A stretch of 63,927 nt of DNA, counting the filler, from Syncephalis fuscata S228 (taxonomy: Eukaryota > Fungi > Zoopagomycota), in assembly GCA_025786725.1 (NCBI GenBank). It is 6 parts of 6 records of this genome, joined end to end, with 100 filler letters (N's around TTAATTAATTAA, not from the genome) between each part and the next. Parts side by side here need not be neighbours in the genome. Positions count along the whole stretch, not along the records: positions 34,504 to 56,028 come from JAHLTZ010000153.1; positions 56,129 to 58,685 come from JAHLTZ010000352.1; positions 58,786 to 62,568 come from JAHLTZ010000347.1; positions 62,669 to 63,927 come from JAHLTZ010000368.1; 2 more parts are not named here. One strand, 5' to 3'. The notes under the pieces were generated by a model, which had not been told where the DNA came from, searched no databases, and saw nothing but the letters and a program-made list of their open reading frames with translations. The position numbers and the translations under genes were made by a program. This document shows, in pieces, positions 49,916 to 63,667 of this stretch. Positions within the stretch are counted from its first letter, which is position 1, and every line of letters begins with the position of its first letter.

Positions 49916-50957
49916 GCTGCAAAGAGAACGAGAAGAAAGTAAAGATCCGTCTCTGATCCAAAAACAGTGTTAACTTTTAAATAATGGCAACACACACACA
50001 CACCCGATAGGAGAATATATGCAAATACACAAGATCACAAGCCCCTTCTCGGCATCGCATACACTCAAGAAATACAAGTGTTTAATCGACTTACTTGACA
50101 GCAGCAGTACCACTCAACCAATAAAAAATCGAATCCACTGGTTGTAAACAGTGTAGACAAGAATGACAAAAATGTAATAAATTGTATGCAGCGTGCTTCA
50201 ACAACAACAATTTTGGGCAACAAATAAAAAGCCAATAAGAAGATAAAAAGAAAATGTATTGGCTGGACACAAATGTCAATGACACACAAATGCACCTGGA
50301 CCAATACAGAGTGAGAGTGGAAGTGAGAGTGAGAAAGTAAGAGTGAGTGAGAGCGAGAGAGTGAGAAATTGATAGAGCGACAATATTTGCACACTAATCG
50401 TTGTTTGCAGTCACTCGTAATAATAGTAGCGATGATATCACACCTGCAGTAATTGTCATCAATGTAGTAATAGCTGTATGTGTTAGTGTCTTAAGAAAAT
50501 AACACAAGTAAATGAACAAAGAGTGCATCAAAGAAGCAAGGATAATTGAAGGGGAACATCAAACTACATCCTATTCACGTTGTAACATCGCTATTACAAA
50601 TGGATCAATTTGATTTATAGATACTCATAGCTGAAACAGAATATTCAATTGACAGAGATGTAATATGATTGATTAAGGAGATTATAGTTTATTATAATAG
50701 GAACAGTATAGCTATTTTTATCTTTATCGCTTGCTATTAATCCATGTATTACTATTGGTTATACTACTGGAATGGCATATGGATGACTTTGAATAAACCC
50801 GTTGATTGAAGTTTATGCCCCCTATTTTGAGTTTCTTAAAGTAGAACTCATTATTAAAATGTTGTTGATAAATTGAGTTAAATAAAATATATTATTGTAT
50901 AAAACATTGCATTCAATTAACATTATTATACACTTTAATCATCACATTATTACATTT

Positions 50958-51055
50958 AATGAGTATTTGATGACTGATGTCACTCGCCGCCCATCATCAT
51001 GTTCAATAGATTCAATATTATTAAATGTTAGTCATTTAACCACCAAACAAACAAT
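50958..51055 (+). repeat. Solo arm of foldback family A
   Basis: AATGAGTATTTGATGACTGATGTCACTCGCC...AGTCATTTAACCACCAAAC matches 61943-62040. Confidence 0.7.
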
Positions 51056-52636
51056 AAATGACTAGTAAATTATTTAATATTTACAAAAAAACTTATTTAT
51101 TTATTTAATTAATAAATAATATAATATATACAAGCCATAAATCAAATGACAAAAATGATTATAAGTTAATTGAAACACAAATGAAAGAGTTGTTCAAGTG
51201 GTGGAATAAAACAAAGAATAAAAGCCAATTATAATTATAGAATATGTCATCAGTAGAACAATGAATGTAATAAGAATGACACACACACACACAACAAACA
51301 ATAAAGAAAATATATTTATAAAACAATATTATCAATAAAGCAATGATAGCATTGTCAAAAGAGTATTCTAAATAGATTATCATCTAAAAACTACTATTAC
51401 ATAGTGCTTCTAAGTTAATGTACGTAAATATGATACTTAATACATTCAGAAAGGTAAAGTGATAATTGCTAATTATATAAATAAATAAAATGCATTAACA
51501 ACTTTAAATTCATTATAATTGTGTGCACATACTATTTGCTCTTTTAAAAACAATATACAATATACAATATACAATATATTTTACATTCAAATTAATTTGT
51601 TTATCCTATTTTTATTGCCAAAAGTAGGGGGGCTCAAAGTAGAATAGCTCCTAACAAATAGGATTGGCCTTTGAGTCATCATTAACCGGATGAATGATGA
51701 AATAACCTATCAATGACGGGGGTTCAAATAGCCAGCTACTCTTTTAGGCCATATCGACTAATTAAGCAATGCCGAACAATCAATAGATGCTGTACAAATA
51801 GAATCGGTTCCTTAACAACCAACCATACACGGAAATCCCAAGGAGGACAAAAAGGAAGACGAAGCAGAAGAAGAAGCACTAAGAAGCATGGAGAGGAAGA
51901 GGAAGAGAAGAATCCAAATAGAATTGGCACTACAAGAAGCAGGAGAAACAGTAGCAGCAACAGCAGCAGTAATAGAAGGACCAGTCAGTATACTATACAC
52001 ATGCACCTATTTACTTTTTTGACTATTTGTTAATTGTATTAAGAGTGACTGGCATTACATTAATAGATTTAGTCTTTATTTCTCTTTCTATCTAATTCTA
52101 ATTCTATTTATTGTCTCTATCTGTCCATCTATCTTTATACTCTCATACTATCTCTCTGTCTCTCTCTCTTTCTCCGTCTGTATCTATTGGTTAATTGATC
52201 GCTCTTTATTCTCTAAATACAAAACAGTGTCATAAAATATCTTTCTTTCAATTGTTGTTTTACACTTGCCAAACTCACCTGTTTTCTTGTCTTACTTGTT
52301 TCTTTCTTAGCTTTGATATCTCCGTGGTGTCTCAGACCTTGACACGCACAACACGCACTCACTCTTGCTCACGCACTCCTCATACTTGCTCATACTCATC
52401 TGGCGTGTGTTTTATTGTTATCGCGGTAATTACTATTACAGTAGTTACACGTGTATTCATGTGCCCTCGTCCCACCTTGTCTATCGTTTCCTTGGTCATA
52501 TATATTCCTTCAACGCCTGCATTACTTTGTTACTAGCATATACCATAATACATCCACCTATTCCACCACCTCTTCATCACTTATACTGCAGTAGCAACGA
52601 TATTTCTGTATTCGAGCAATTCACTCTTAATTTATC

Positions 52637-55600
52637 ATGTGGGTCTATCCAGCAATGACTGGGTCGCTTGTACGATCGGTCTGGAAGACTATGCAGTCAT
52701 TAAATGGGCCGTTTATACTACAACGCAATGATACGGCATCAATAGCTATGGAAGAAGCGATGGCCTCAGAGAGTGGTGGTAACAACAACAGTAACAGTAA
52801 CAGTCGTGGTCATACTAAACGACGTTCCACAGTAACAGCAACTAGTCACAATAGTAACGGTCATAGTAGAAGTATGACACCAACAATGGCCACAGCAACT
52901 GTAGGAACAGCAGGTCGACGTTCATTACAGAATCCCATTTATCGTATTATTACTCGTAACTTTCCTCATTATCGTGGTATGTAATAACAGTGCACAATTA
53001 AATAATAACAATGAACTCATCTATCAATATAGTGGCAGAAGCAGTGGAATGGACAGATATTATAGAAGATTTGGATCAATTACAACAAACAGTTGTACCC
53101 AGAATTGAAGGGAAATTAACATCAAAAAAAGTGGTAAAATGGTTAAGAAATTGGCATTTACATGGTGAATCAGTAAGTGTATAAATATTGTAAATTACCT
53201 AAATACTTATTCTATTACAGATGTTACCAACTGCACTATTAAAAGATACAGATAGTAATCAAGGTATTGGTGTCCATACAAATCAACATCGAAATGATTC
53301 AAATCAAGAGGTAGAAGTGGATGAGACTGGATATGCTTCATCTTCAGAAGGGGATTCAGAAGAGGAAGAGGAGGAAGAGGAAGAAGTTGAACTATTGTAT
53401 TCTACTACTGCACCTATACGTGTACCTTCTAATCGTAGTAATAACAGTAATCATAGTAATAATCCATTATTATTAATACGTTCATCTACATTATCTACTA
53501 AAACAGTAGATACACTTGGTCTACCTGTAGTAAGAACACAATCTGCATCTTCATTAACCTTGCCACAACCACACCATCATCAGCATCATCAACATCAACA
53601 TCATCAACATGATGATAGTAAGCGAGATAGTGATCAATATGATATGTTGCCACTGCCATCAAGTCCATTAAGACCATCATTAGTAAAACAACATAAGCGT
53701 AGTTGGTCTGCTGGCAGTTATGATCCATCTACTGGTCAACCAACATCTAATATGAATAATACGTTAAATGAATCAGATTCACCGGCATTAATACCGTGTC
53801 ATACTACAAATCATGGTAAGACACGTGTCTATCCTAAATATCCACCTGTACCACCACCTGCACCATACCACCACAAACAACTGTGCCCAGTATGACAACA
53901 CCATTATCTAAAAGTGTGCCATTACCGACCAATCATTCTACCAATACACCCACTTTACCAAATAATACTGGTGGAAATAGTAATGGTGGAAATAACAACG
54001 ATGTTACGTTATGGGATACTATTGAGTCATATACACGATGGGTAGCGGCTATGGATCCTGGACTAGAGGCGTGTCTATCTCCGAATAGACTATCACCTGA
54101 TCTAGATCTATATGAAGATGAATTGGGCCAATTACCAACAACAGCTACATCAACAGGTCATCATCAACAGACGGTGAATGGCAGGAAGCGAGGTCAATCA
54201 ACGACTAATAATCCTTCAATGCCATCCTCTATTGGTATTGAACAATTATGGGAGTTTTCATTACAGTTTGTAGCTCTATTATCTATGCCAGATGTTGAAG
54301 GCAGACCCTCCTATCAAAGTAAGTTATATATTAGTTAGCAGTCAATAGTATTGGGTATTAACGATATATTTGGTTATTAGCGTTACGTGAAATGGCTCAA
54401 GTACGACAAAGAAGACGTGTTTTATCTTATTTTACCTGTTTTATTCTTCTTGTTCGTTATTGTTCCTTTGATCTATTTCTACTTGTACTATTTGCATCCA
54501 ATTGTGGTATGCTATTTCTAATGAAGAATTCCCGTCGAGTAAATATGACACTGGCCAAACGGTAAGACATTAACTAATATAATATAGTATAATATAATAT
54601 AATATAATATAATAATATTTAATTTAATTAGATCTGTACGACAACGTGTTAATTGGGCCAAACAGTGGATGGGTGGACTGATTAAACCCAAGGCAAATAA
54701 TCATAGTAACAATAGCAATAATAGCGGTAATGGTAATACACCATTAGATTCTCAATTAGTACCATCTACACCTATTATGAATGCTACTATACCATCCACA
54801 CCTATACAGTCACAACAACCAACAACCCCTACTGTAACACCTAGTACAGGGAGTAGGGCAACTGCTGTAAGACGTAAATTAAGATTACGTGGTCGTAATA
54901 GTGATGCTGCCACTACTACTTCATCTGTCAATACAGTTGTTAATCGACTGGAAAGAAGAAGAGGCGGCATTGGCAGTCAATATGGGTAATGGCAGTGTAA
55001 GTGATCCATCCCCACCAGCACCACCACAGAATAAACAATCAACTCGTCATTCGTTCACTTTAACCTGTCCAGAGGATACAGTATCCATACAAGGCACGAA
55101 TGAATCGACTACTGCTACTGCTACTACTACTGCTACTGCTACTAGTACTAGTACTAGTACTACTACCATTAGCATAGTACATCTGTACAATCTAATCAAG
55201 TGAATCAAGGTACAACACCAACTGTGATGGCCCGTCAAGTAGTGGCAAGTGCTACTTCAGCAACTGCAAAACGACTATCTTTTTTTCGTACACGTAGTCC
55301 AAGTAACGCTACAGATAAGATGGCCCAACAACAGCGTTCTCATTCTTCTTCACCACCATTAAATGCAACATCAGTATCAACTGTTGTACACCCAGCTGCC
55401 ATATCAGCTGCCGGTTCCCTAGCTTATAGTCAACATCAACGTTGTGCTAATGGTCCAGTTACCACAAGTAGTAATACACCATTAAATACCGATGGATCCA
55501 CTACTGCATCTATAGCCACTGGTACTAAACGTCGCTTCTTATTTGGTAGATCCACGCCATCATCATCCATATCAAATCAATCAGAAGTGATTAATGAATC

Positions 55601-55757
55601 GATATCTTCATCCACTCATACGAATGGTATACGATCACATTCACCCATGTCAAATGAATTATCTACTAATCCGCATAATACAACAATTGATTCATCTAGT
55701 AGTAATACTGGTAATACGGGCAGTACATCAGCTGCTTTTGCTTTGATATCTACGTAA
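52637..55757 (+). CDS. Large low-complexity hypothetical protein with a central hydrophobic (probable TM) segment; several apparent 1-nt deletions
   Basis: Spliced exons with GT-AG introns. The core reads LREMAQVRQRRRVLSYFTCFILLVRYCSFDLFLLVLFASNCGMLFLMKNSRRVNMTLAKR|SVRQRVNWAKQW. Frame breaks occur near 53880, 54955 and 55170. Confidence 0.55.
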
Positions 55758-56028
55758 TTCTTTTCTTTTCTTTTTTTTTCTTTATTCTCTTTAGTTTAAA
55801 TAGCAATATTGGTGGTATAATTAGAATGATTGCTATTTCTTTTATTTTTGTATTATTAAATATAGTAATTACTTTTAATTAATTAATTAATTAATAAAAA
55901 GCCATATAATAGTAACAATTCCATCCTTGATTTATTTGTCAATAGATACAATAATGAGTATAGTAAAAATAATATGATTTGATCTTTATACGGTTTAAAA
56001 GGTTTGTGTACTACGTCCAGCTCGACGA

Positions 56029-56128
56029 NNNNNNNNNNNNNNNNNNNNNNNNNNNNNNNNNNNNNNNNNNNNTTAATTAATTAANNNNNNNNNNNNNNNN
56101 NNNNNNNNNNNNNNNNNNNNNNNNNNNN
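56029..56128. other. Artificial contig linker
   Basis: N44-TTAATTAATTAA-N44. Confidence 0.97.
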
Positions 56129-56320
56129 CGTCATCAACTTTTTTGATCCATGCATTGTATTTGTAGTAAAAATATCCATTTTGGATGTTTTCTTCGCCGT
56201 CGCTTTTACCGCTGCAATGGCTGATGCAGACGTAGACGACGACGCAGACGACGACGATGTGGTAGAGGAAAACGAACGGGTAACAAACAACGACTTTGGG
56301 CAGAACTGACGCGATGCCAT
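56129..56320 (-). CDS. 5' fragment of a probably mitochondrially targeted protein (cut by the linker)
   Basis: MASRQFCPKSLFVTRSFSSTTSS... has a presequence-like composition and the ORF runs into the gap. Confidence 0.4.
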
Positions 56321-58685
56321 GGCTTACAATTATAGTATTTTAAGACAAGCAATAAACTTAGACACAATTGTACAGACAAACTTTGTTGTTACTCTTTGGT
56401 TAACAATACACGCTTTGAAGCAAAAGATTTGATTCGACAACGAATAAACAAATAGACTGACAACCGCAATTCGCAACGTATTCAGCAACAATTCGCTGCA
56501 AATGCACACTTACGTAGTCAATAGGCGTAAGTACTGATAAAACACGGTGTGGATTTAAACAATAACGCTATAGTTTACAATGTAAAACTACAACACAGCG
56601 TATTGCTAATAAAACTTTTGCTGCACAGGCTCGTGGATACTGGCCGCGTCAGCACACAGATAAAACTTGGTATGGCTGTTTTGTATTATTCTTAAACAAT
56701 TCTTGGAAAGGGAACAAGACAACTAATAGTCGTAGTGGCTATTGATAACTGGCAAACAGAGTAGAAGTAGAAAAGAAATATCAATGCTTGGTAGATCAGG
56801 AGAACGAGAAAAAAAGGCTGATAGCAGAGAAAAGCGAAAGGCTATAAGGCTATAGAGGGAGCTTGAAAGGCGAGCGAATGGATATGCGAGTAAGAAGTGG
56901 GAAAATAGCTTAAATCGTCGAGTCGCAAATGAAAGTTCTTTTATGTACTCAGGTCTGAGTCAAAAACGACCACTTTTTGTAGATCACATGTTGTCGCCTA
57001 TGAATATTGTGTCAAGATGGCCAAGCCTCGTGTTTAATGGTTACACACATGGACAATAGTGCCGAGAAATGTCGGATCACGTGAGCTGTAAATGGTGTAG
57101 TTTACAAAGAAATGACGCTTTAATAACAGTGGTTCAATGGCATTAGTCGTTTGTCCATAATTGATTAAAATATTGTTTTCACAACGGCTGTGATCATCGT
57201 GTCACCAACAATGCAATGAATATACTTGTAGTAATTGTTAATGGACATAATGTGACACACGATGGAGTTTGTTGTTGCCATCTGTTACGGTAGCCATTTG
57301 TAGCTGATCATGCGTAATAGCGCATGCATTACTAGCTGCTGATTAGCTAGATAGCATCATGAGTCATCATGAACACACTTATGTCACACGTGGTAGTGTT
57401 GCAGTTATAACTACTAGCTGATAATAAGTAGCGGTTAACTATATACAATTGCAATATCAATATTACTAGGCAATGTATCAATGAGCATTGGTATGGTGTA
57501 ATAGTAGTATTGTGAGCTGTTACCAACTAATACCGACATATCTGATGGCTGACTATGCTACTAATACTGTCGATGATTGCTATTTATGCACAGCTACCAT
57601 TATCAGTTGTGGCCAACTCTCGTATACTACTGTGTCTTGGTGGTTAATAGTATGAATGAACAATACGGCAATCCGTATTAGCACATACGAAACTGGCTGT
57701 CATGCTATTGCAACCGGCGATATGGCAATATAGTTGTCGTCTTGTTGGTTAGAATTGATGCACGTGTTATATTGCTAGCCTGCTAATGCACTTGTTAACT
57801 GATACATATGGTATCAGATTTACCAATATGTATTACCATTTGCATTGTCCAATTATTTAATGTTCAATACTACACTATAGATGATAGTTGAGCATTGTTG
57901 TAGATGAGCCAGTATTTATTACAAAAGCACTCAAGTATTATAATGGCTGTTATTAAAGCTGCTGTTGCACATTTCTACGTATACTAGTCTATGTATTTCA
58001 TGCAAAGCAGCAATATTTAGATAGTAGTCCGTATGAATATTATATCGTAATATTGCTACTATTTACTAATAATTTATTCTCTAACATACTAAAATTTGTT
58101 GTAAATCGACTTTTGTTTTTTATTAAATTCGCTACTTTATTAGCAGATTATTATATGATTACGCTTGTTTTTAGTATAGACTAATTTTTATGCAATTAAA
58201 TATAAACAATATATTTTATTGTATTTAGTAATGTTAATTGCAATAAACACATGTTTATCTGTGTTTTATTATTTATACTAATATTTAAATTATTTCATTT
58301 TTTATTTCTATCTTGTTCTTTTGCTTATGCTACGGTTAGTTGCTTTAAAACAGTATTGTAAATTTAGTTGATAGTTGAAAGAAGCAATGCATTCTGCGAT
58401 ATATTTTTTGACTGGTACTTGTTCAAATAGTTGGATCAATTATTTTTAGAATATTGCTATATATATTGTCACCTCTCTGCCAATTGTATTACCTTTTATC
58501 TGCTCTTTTCCATTACCTAAACAATTTATCTATTAATACTATCTTCTAAATACTAGTTTTTTAATACAATGATTGATGCTAAGTTTAGCACGTTTAGTTT
58601 TATATACTGTAAAAATACTTTGATAAATGTAATTACTTGGTCCTTATTGCTTCTGAGTGTTATCGGATGTAGTCATATAACACCA

Positions 58686-58785
58686 NNNNNNNNNNNNNNN
58701 NNNNNNNNNNNNNNNNNNNNNNNNNNNNNTTAATTAATTAANNNNNNNNNNNNNNNNNNNNNNNNNNNNNNNNNNNNNNNNNNNN
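58686..58785. other. Artificial contig linker
   Basis: N44-TTAATTAATTAA-N44. Confidence 0.97.
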
Positions 58786-59511
58786 TCGGCACTACTATAT
58801 GGGATATTGGACACCTGGTGACGGATGAGCGTAAATTGCAGTTTTGGAGTAATCGTGCGGTAAGTAGGACATAGTTCAATGGCAAAAGAATGGCAAAGAA
58901 TGGCAAAGGTTAACCATTTCTATGTTCTACAGTGTATGTTCCATCATCCTACCCGGTTGGCTATCGGCGAGTAAGTACCATTTCGGTCGTGAGTATTGGA
59001 TGACGATCGAGGCAGATGAAGATGGGCCTATATTCGCGGTAAGCTAGTAGCCTGAACCATGAGGATTCAGTATAGTCTCTTTACAAACGGTCATTAGGTA
59101 TTTACCGAAGATAGACAGCACACTTGAAGGTCGCACGCCTACACACCTTGGACGCAAGCATGTTTAGCAAGTACACAAAAGGAACTCGTATTAGTGGACC
59201 GCTGGTAAGCATCAATGCAAGTCACTGTTGATCGCTCATAGTCTTGTGCATGTGTGTTTTTTGGCTTTTCCGATCCATTAACACAGCTACTAATTCAACA
59301 GCTGCACGGCTACCAAAGCTGGGAAGATCTGCATGCTGAAGCGGCAACAGCAATGGCACCTACAGCAGCAGCAACAACAACAACAACTGCTGCTGCTACT
59401 ACAGTTTCTACTGCGACGCCCACTGAGCTATTAGACAGCTTGACCTCTGTCACTACAACAAAAGGCCGGCCAATGCGAAATATTACCCAATTGGCATCGA
59501 ATGTTGCATAA
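58786..59511 (+). CDS. FYR-domain (FYRN/FYRC) protein, partial, multi-exon, with apparent 1-nt deletions
   Basis: LWDIGHLVTD, HHPYPVGY, WMTIEADEDGPIF, EGRTPT.PWTQAC, GTRISGPL|FFGFSDPLTQLLIQQL (FYRC signature). Confidence 0.65.
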
Positions 59512-59931
59512 ATTTGTTCAAGGCAATGTGGAACCGTTTTTTTCAGTACAATTATGTGGCCAGCTATAGAAATGGCACTGTGTGCTTGACCGTCCAAAAA
59601 GGACTGTTGCGTTTGACACACAAACTCCGCAAATAAATATTTTTTTCTTTTCTGCTTCCACGAGCTGTCTTCTTGTGTTGTGCAAGTGTGTTCGCGTGTT
59701 GCCGTGCTAAACTTTGCTAATTTATCGTTCTAAAACACCGATTCAAGTCAAATAAGTGCTGGATTAAGACGTAATGTAATCAATTTAAATAGAATAAATC
59801 TCAAACATTTTTACCTATTTACAACATTTGGTACAGCCAACTATTCGTTTAATCATTTCTTTTAATTATATTTGCCATTATTTTCCATTAACTATACATC
59901 TACGGCTACTAAACTCTAGCCATTCTTTACT

Positions 59932-60602
59932 ATGCCTCCAATAGCAATGTCTAGTGGCAAATCAGCCGCTTTGGATCTTACCCCTGTATTACCAGATGCC
60001 GACGTGGTTCGACTAGTTGCTCGTTTCTACGAGATTAATTTAACGGATCCAATGCTTACCCACTACTTTATTCAATCACAAATGTCATCGCTACGTGCAA
60101 ATTTGCTCGATTTGTTGTGCATGGACTTGCTGGTCTACCGGTTGATCGGCCACGTCTACGTCGTATCCATCGTCGTTTGGGTATTGGAGATATTGAATTT
60201 GCTGCGTGTGCTAAAAACCTGCTTACCGCTTTAGCCGAACAGCCAGCTCTTGAAACAAAACTAAAAGATCAGCTTTTACTATTGCTATGGGAGCTTGAAG
60301 CGGATATTACCGTTGAAGGTGGCGTACCTTTGCTTGATGGGCCTGGCGAAGGTTCGAATACGAAAGGGTCACATCATGGCACAAGCTCTCGTCGTACACG
60401 CAGCTATTCTACATATGGACTTGGTTCGGGTACGGGATCTAGTTCAGGGGCCGACAAAAGCGGCGATATAATTTACTTGGATGATTTACAAGAGATTGCC
60501 GCGCAACGTAATACCATAGCGACATCATCTACTCCCCAAAACAGTCCGTTGCTATTGTCGCCAAGAATACGACCTGGCTGGCGCAGTTTAATCCCATGGT
60601 AG
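59932..60602 (+). CDS. Truncated (2/2, group I-like) haemoglobin split by a -1 frame discontinuity near 60100
   Basis: Frame 1 reads VVRLVARFYEINLTDPMLTHYF..QMSSLRA (B/CD/E helices). The -1 frame reads ARFVVHGLAGLP..RLRRIHRRLGIGDIEF..NLLTAL (proximal His F8 region). Confidence 0.75.
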
Positions 60603-60982
60603 TGCCGCTTTATGCTTATATTTTTGATTTATACATTTATTACTAACTTTAACTTTTGTACTAAGCACATCAATATTTTGTTTATATGTTTATTATTAAA
60701 ACACATTATTATTGCATAAGTTTCACTTCAATTTTAAGTAGAATAATAACATGTTATTATTTATCTTATTTATTTTACTAATTAAATACAACAGTTTTTT
60801 ACAAACATCAATCTATTACAGTTAGCTACATTTAATACAGCTACATTGACACTGCTCATTTTAACAATAATATCAATTATTTATATTTAATAGCATTTGC
60901 AGTTAAATTACATATTTGTTTTATTGAAATGGTGACGAATGGTAAAAATATTAATGATTAAATTATCACACTGTAGTGTTTG

Positions 60983-62152
60983 TTTGGTGGTCAAATGATT
61001 ACATTTAATTATATTCACGCTTAAATTAAACTTTCTTCTATTAAACATGAAACTAGGGGCAATTCACATCAGGGTCCAAAATACTCATTATCACAGATTT
61101 ATTATACAGTATGCATATATTCAGTATACATATATATTTTATTCATTTATATCACTTCCAATATGCCCTACACTATTATATATCATTTATAATATACTAA
61201 ATGTATTTTATTTATTATATACACCAACACACTTCACGCAGTCCACTCATTACGTTATACACACTGTAACTTTAACATTATTTATATACTTTCTCACCGT
61301 ACATTTGTCATTTTATATATCATTCTATACTCGCCTAGTCTTCCTCTATCCAAAGCTGGTCTTATTTTTGTTCTAGCTTTATTATTAACAAATGTCGACT
61401 AATTCCGCTCATTGATTATGTATATATGCTCAATAACTTTAACACTGCTAATCGGCACTTCGTATTATATATTCGTTATATTACATATCATTCCATTGTC
61501 TAGTTTATACGCGCTAGTTATTGCAATTGTTCTTTTTGTTCTAGCTTTATTATTAAAAAAGTTTAACTAATGTCAATCATCTTGTTTATTAGGCTAATGC
61601 TCAATAACTTTAACATTGCTAATCTCGTTCAATATTACATATTCATTATAATGTTTATCATTTTATTATATATTGGCCATACGCTGTCTATAGCCGTTGT
61701 CGGTATAGTTCCAACTGCTTTATTAATAAAAATTAACCTATTGCACCTAGTCTGTTTACTAAGTTGTATTGGTAGAATAAATAATATGAATATGAATTGA
61801 ATTGTTTTATTAAGATTATTTATAAACAAACTATATCATGTCAATTAGTTATGATTTTAATGCTACTCAAGCAAAGTGACGGGTGTATATAGTAATAATA
61901 CATACTGTGATGATATATGCATACTGGACAGTAAATTTACAATGATGAGTATTTGATGATTGATGTCACTCACCACCCATCATCATGTTTAATAAATTGG
62001 ATGTTATTAGATATTAGTCATTTGGCCACCAAACAAATAATAAAAGTGATGATGTGGCGATTAAATAAAACTCACCACTTGTCCCCATGTTCAATAGATT
62101 GAGCGTGCAGTTCAATTGCGCGAATGTTATTAAATTTAGTCATTTGACCCCT
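60983..62152. mobile_element. Foldback/MITE-like element, family A (copy 3)
   Basis: Inverted ends TTTGGTGGTCAAATGATTACATTTAAT ... TTAAATTTAGTCATTTGACCCC. The interior is the reverse complement of ~2950-3300. Confidence 0.65.
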
Positions 62153-62568
62153 AAACATAATAATTTTTTATTTATATTACATTAGCACTTGCACCCACAC
62201 TATAAAACAGACTGCCGATTGCATAGCACACGATTTACGTTACGCCTTCCTCTTTCTCTTCCTCCATACTTGACAGCATTCATCCACTAGCCACCTTCCC
62301 CACTTGCACTTGCTTCCGTAAGTTCGGTATATGCCTTGCTTGCTATATGTCATTGTTGGTCTATTAGTATAAGCATGCCTAGTCTCGGTACTACATACCG
62401 CCCTGCTGTATGGCGCCGTACAGCATTGCTAGCGGTGTCGTTTTACCTTGTAAACAGCTGCTAGTATGCTAACTATGATGGATATATGCTACCAAACATA
62501 TACCGTTATCTTTCTCTTCCTCATCCTTTCCTCTATACCTTCTATTGCTCACCGTGCTAGCAACAGTG

Positions 62569-62668
62569 NNNNNNNNNNNNNNNNNNNNNNNNNNNNNNNN
62601 NNNNNNNNNNNNTTAATTAATTAANNNNNNNNNNNNNNNNNNNNNNNNNNNNNNNNNNNNNNNNNNNN
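62569..62668. other. Artificial contig linker
   Basis: N44-TTAATTAATTAA-N44. Confidence 0.97.
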
Positions 62669-63010
62669 ATTTACTATCAATATGTTCTATGATGTACCAA
62701 CATGTTGGGTAGATTGACTTTTATTATTTACACTTCATTTATTAATCAATTAAACTCGACTGTTTATAAATATTGACTGACAGGCTCACATCTCACAATC
62801 TACGTCATCACATTTCCTTTCTCTTTCTTTACACTTGATAGCATATATCCACTGCATGTACTTGTACACTCTATATATGCTAACTAGATAGTGTTAGTAG
62901 TCAGTCAACTACTAGTCAAGTACAAACACCTTCTATACTATGTACTTGCATTACTCTTTGTAAACTAACCTTTTTACAAATCACCATTACTCCGATCATT
63001 GGTATTGGCA
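62669..63010 (-). repeat. Dispersed repeat family B (copy 2)
   Basis: Similar to the reverse complement of 32750-33080. Confidence 0.8.
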
Positions 63011-63667
63011 GCTTATTTGACCGGTATGTACATTTCTGGCTTGTTTATATGTATGTGAGCATATGCTGTAGAATCTTGTGTATGCTTTGTTTGCTATTGA
63101 GCACAATTGCAGATCGCATTGTGTATTGGGCTGACAATCTCAGCGACTATACTTGAAATGCGCCTACCACTGTTTTAAAATTATCTCCAGTGGCAATCTA
63201 TAGCAAACCAAAGTATACAACGGATTTGGCAACATATAGTCACTACATTCATTATGTACAATTTCCAATATGATAGCTGTGGTATTTATATTTGTTATCA
63301 CTTTTTTACAAATAAAATGATATATATATTGGTGTTAGTATATAACTTGATGATATATGCATATTGGATAGTAAATTTATGACAATAAATCTATGATAAC
63401 TGACGTCATTCACCAATCAACTCTATTTTTAATAAAACAACTGTTTAGTTTAGCTACTTAAATAGTATTAAGTATAATCATTGAAATACCAATATTATTG
63501 ATATCATGTTATCATTTTAACTAAAACTGTTACATATTTAATTTCTTTTTTGTTTTATTAATAATCTTACAGCTATTCTAACATATCTCACAATCAAAAG
63601 TATCTATTTTACTCATGTTTATTCAGCTTATGCCTTTAGTTCCATCTAATCAAATGGCCAAATTGTA

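Noticed and set aside
56400-58680. Long gene-free region possibly hiding another micro-exon array
   Set aside because: I saw no periodic AG-NNN-GT pattern or signal-peptide exon on either strand.
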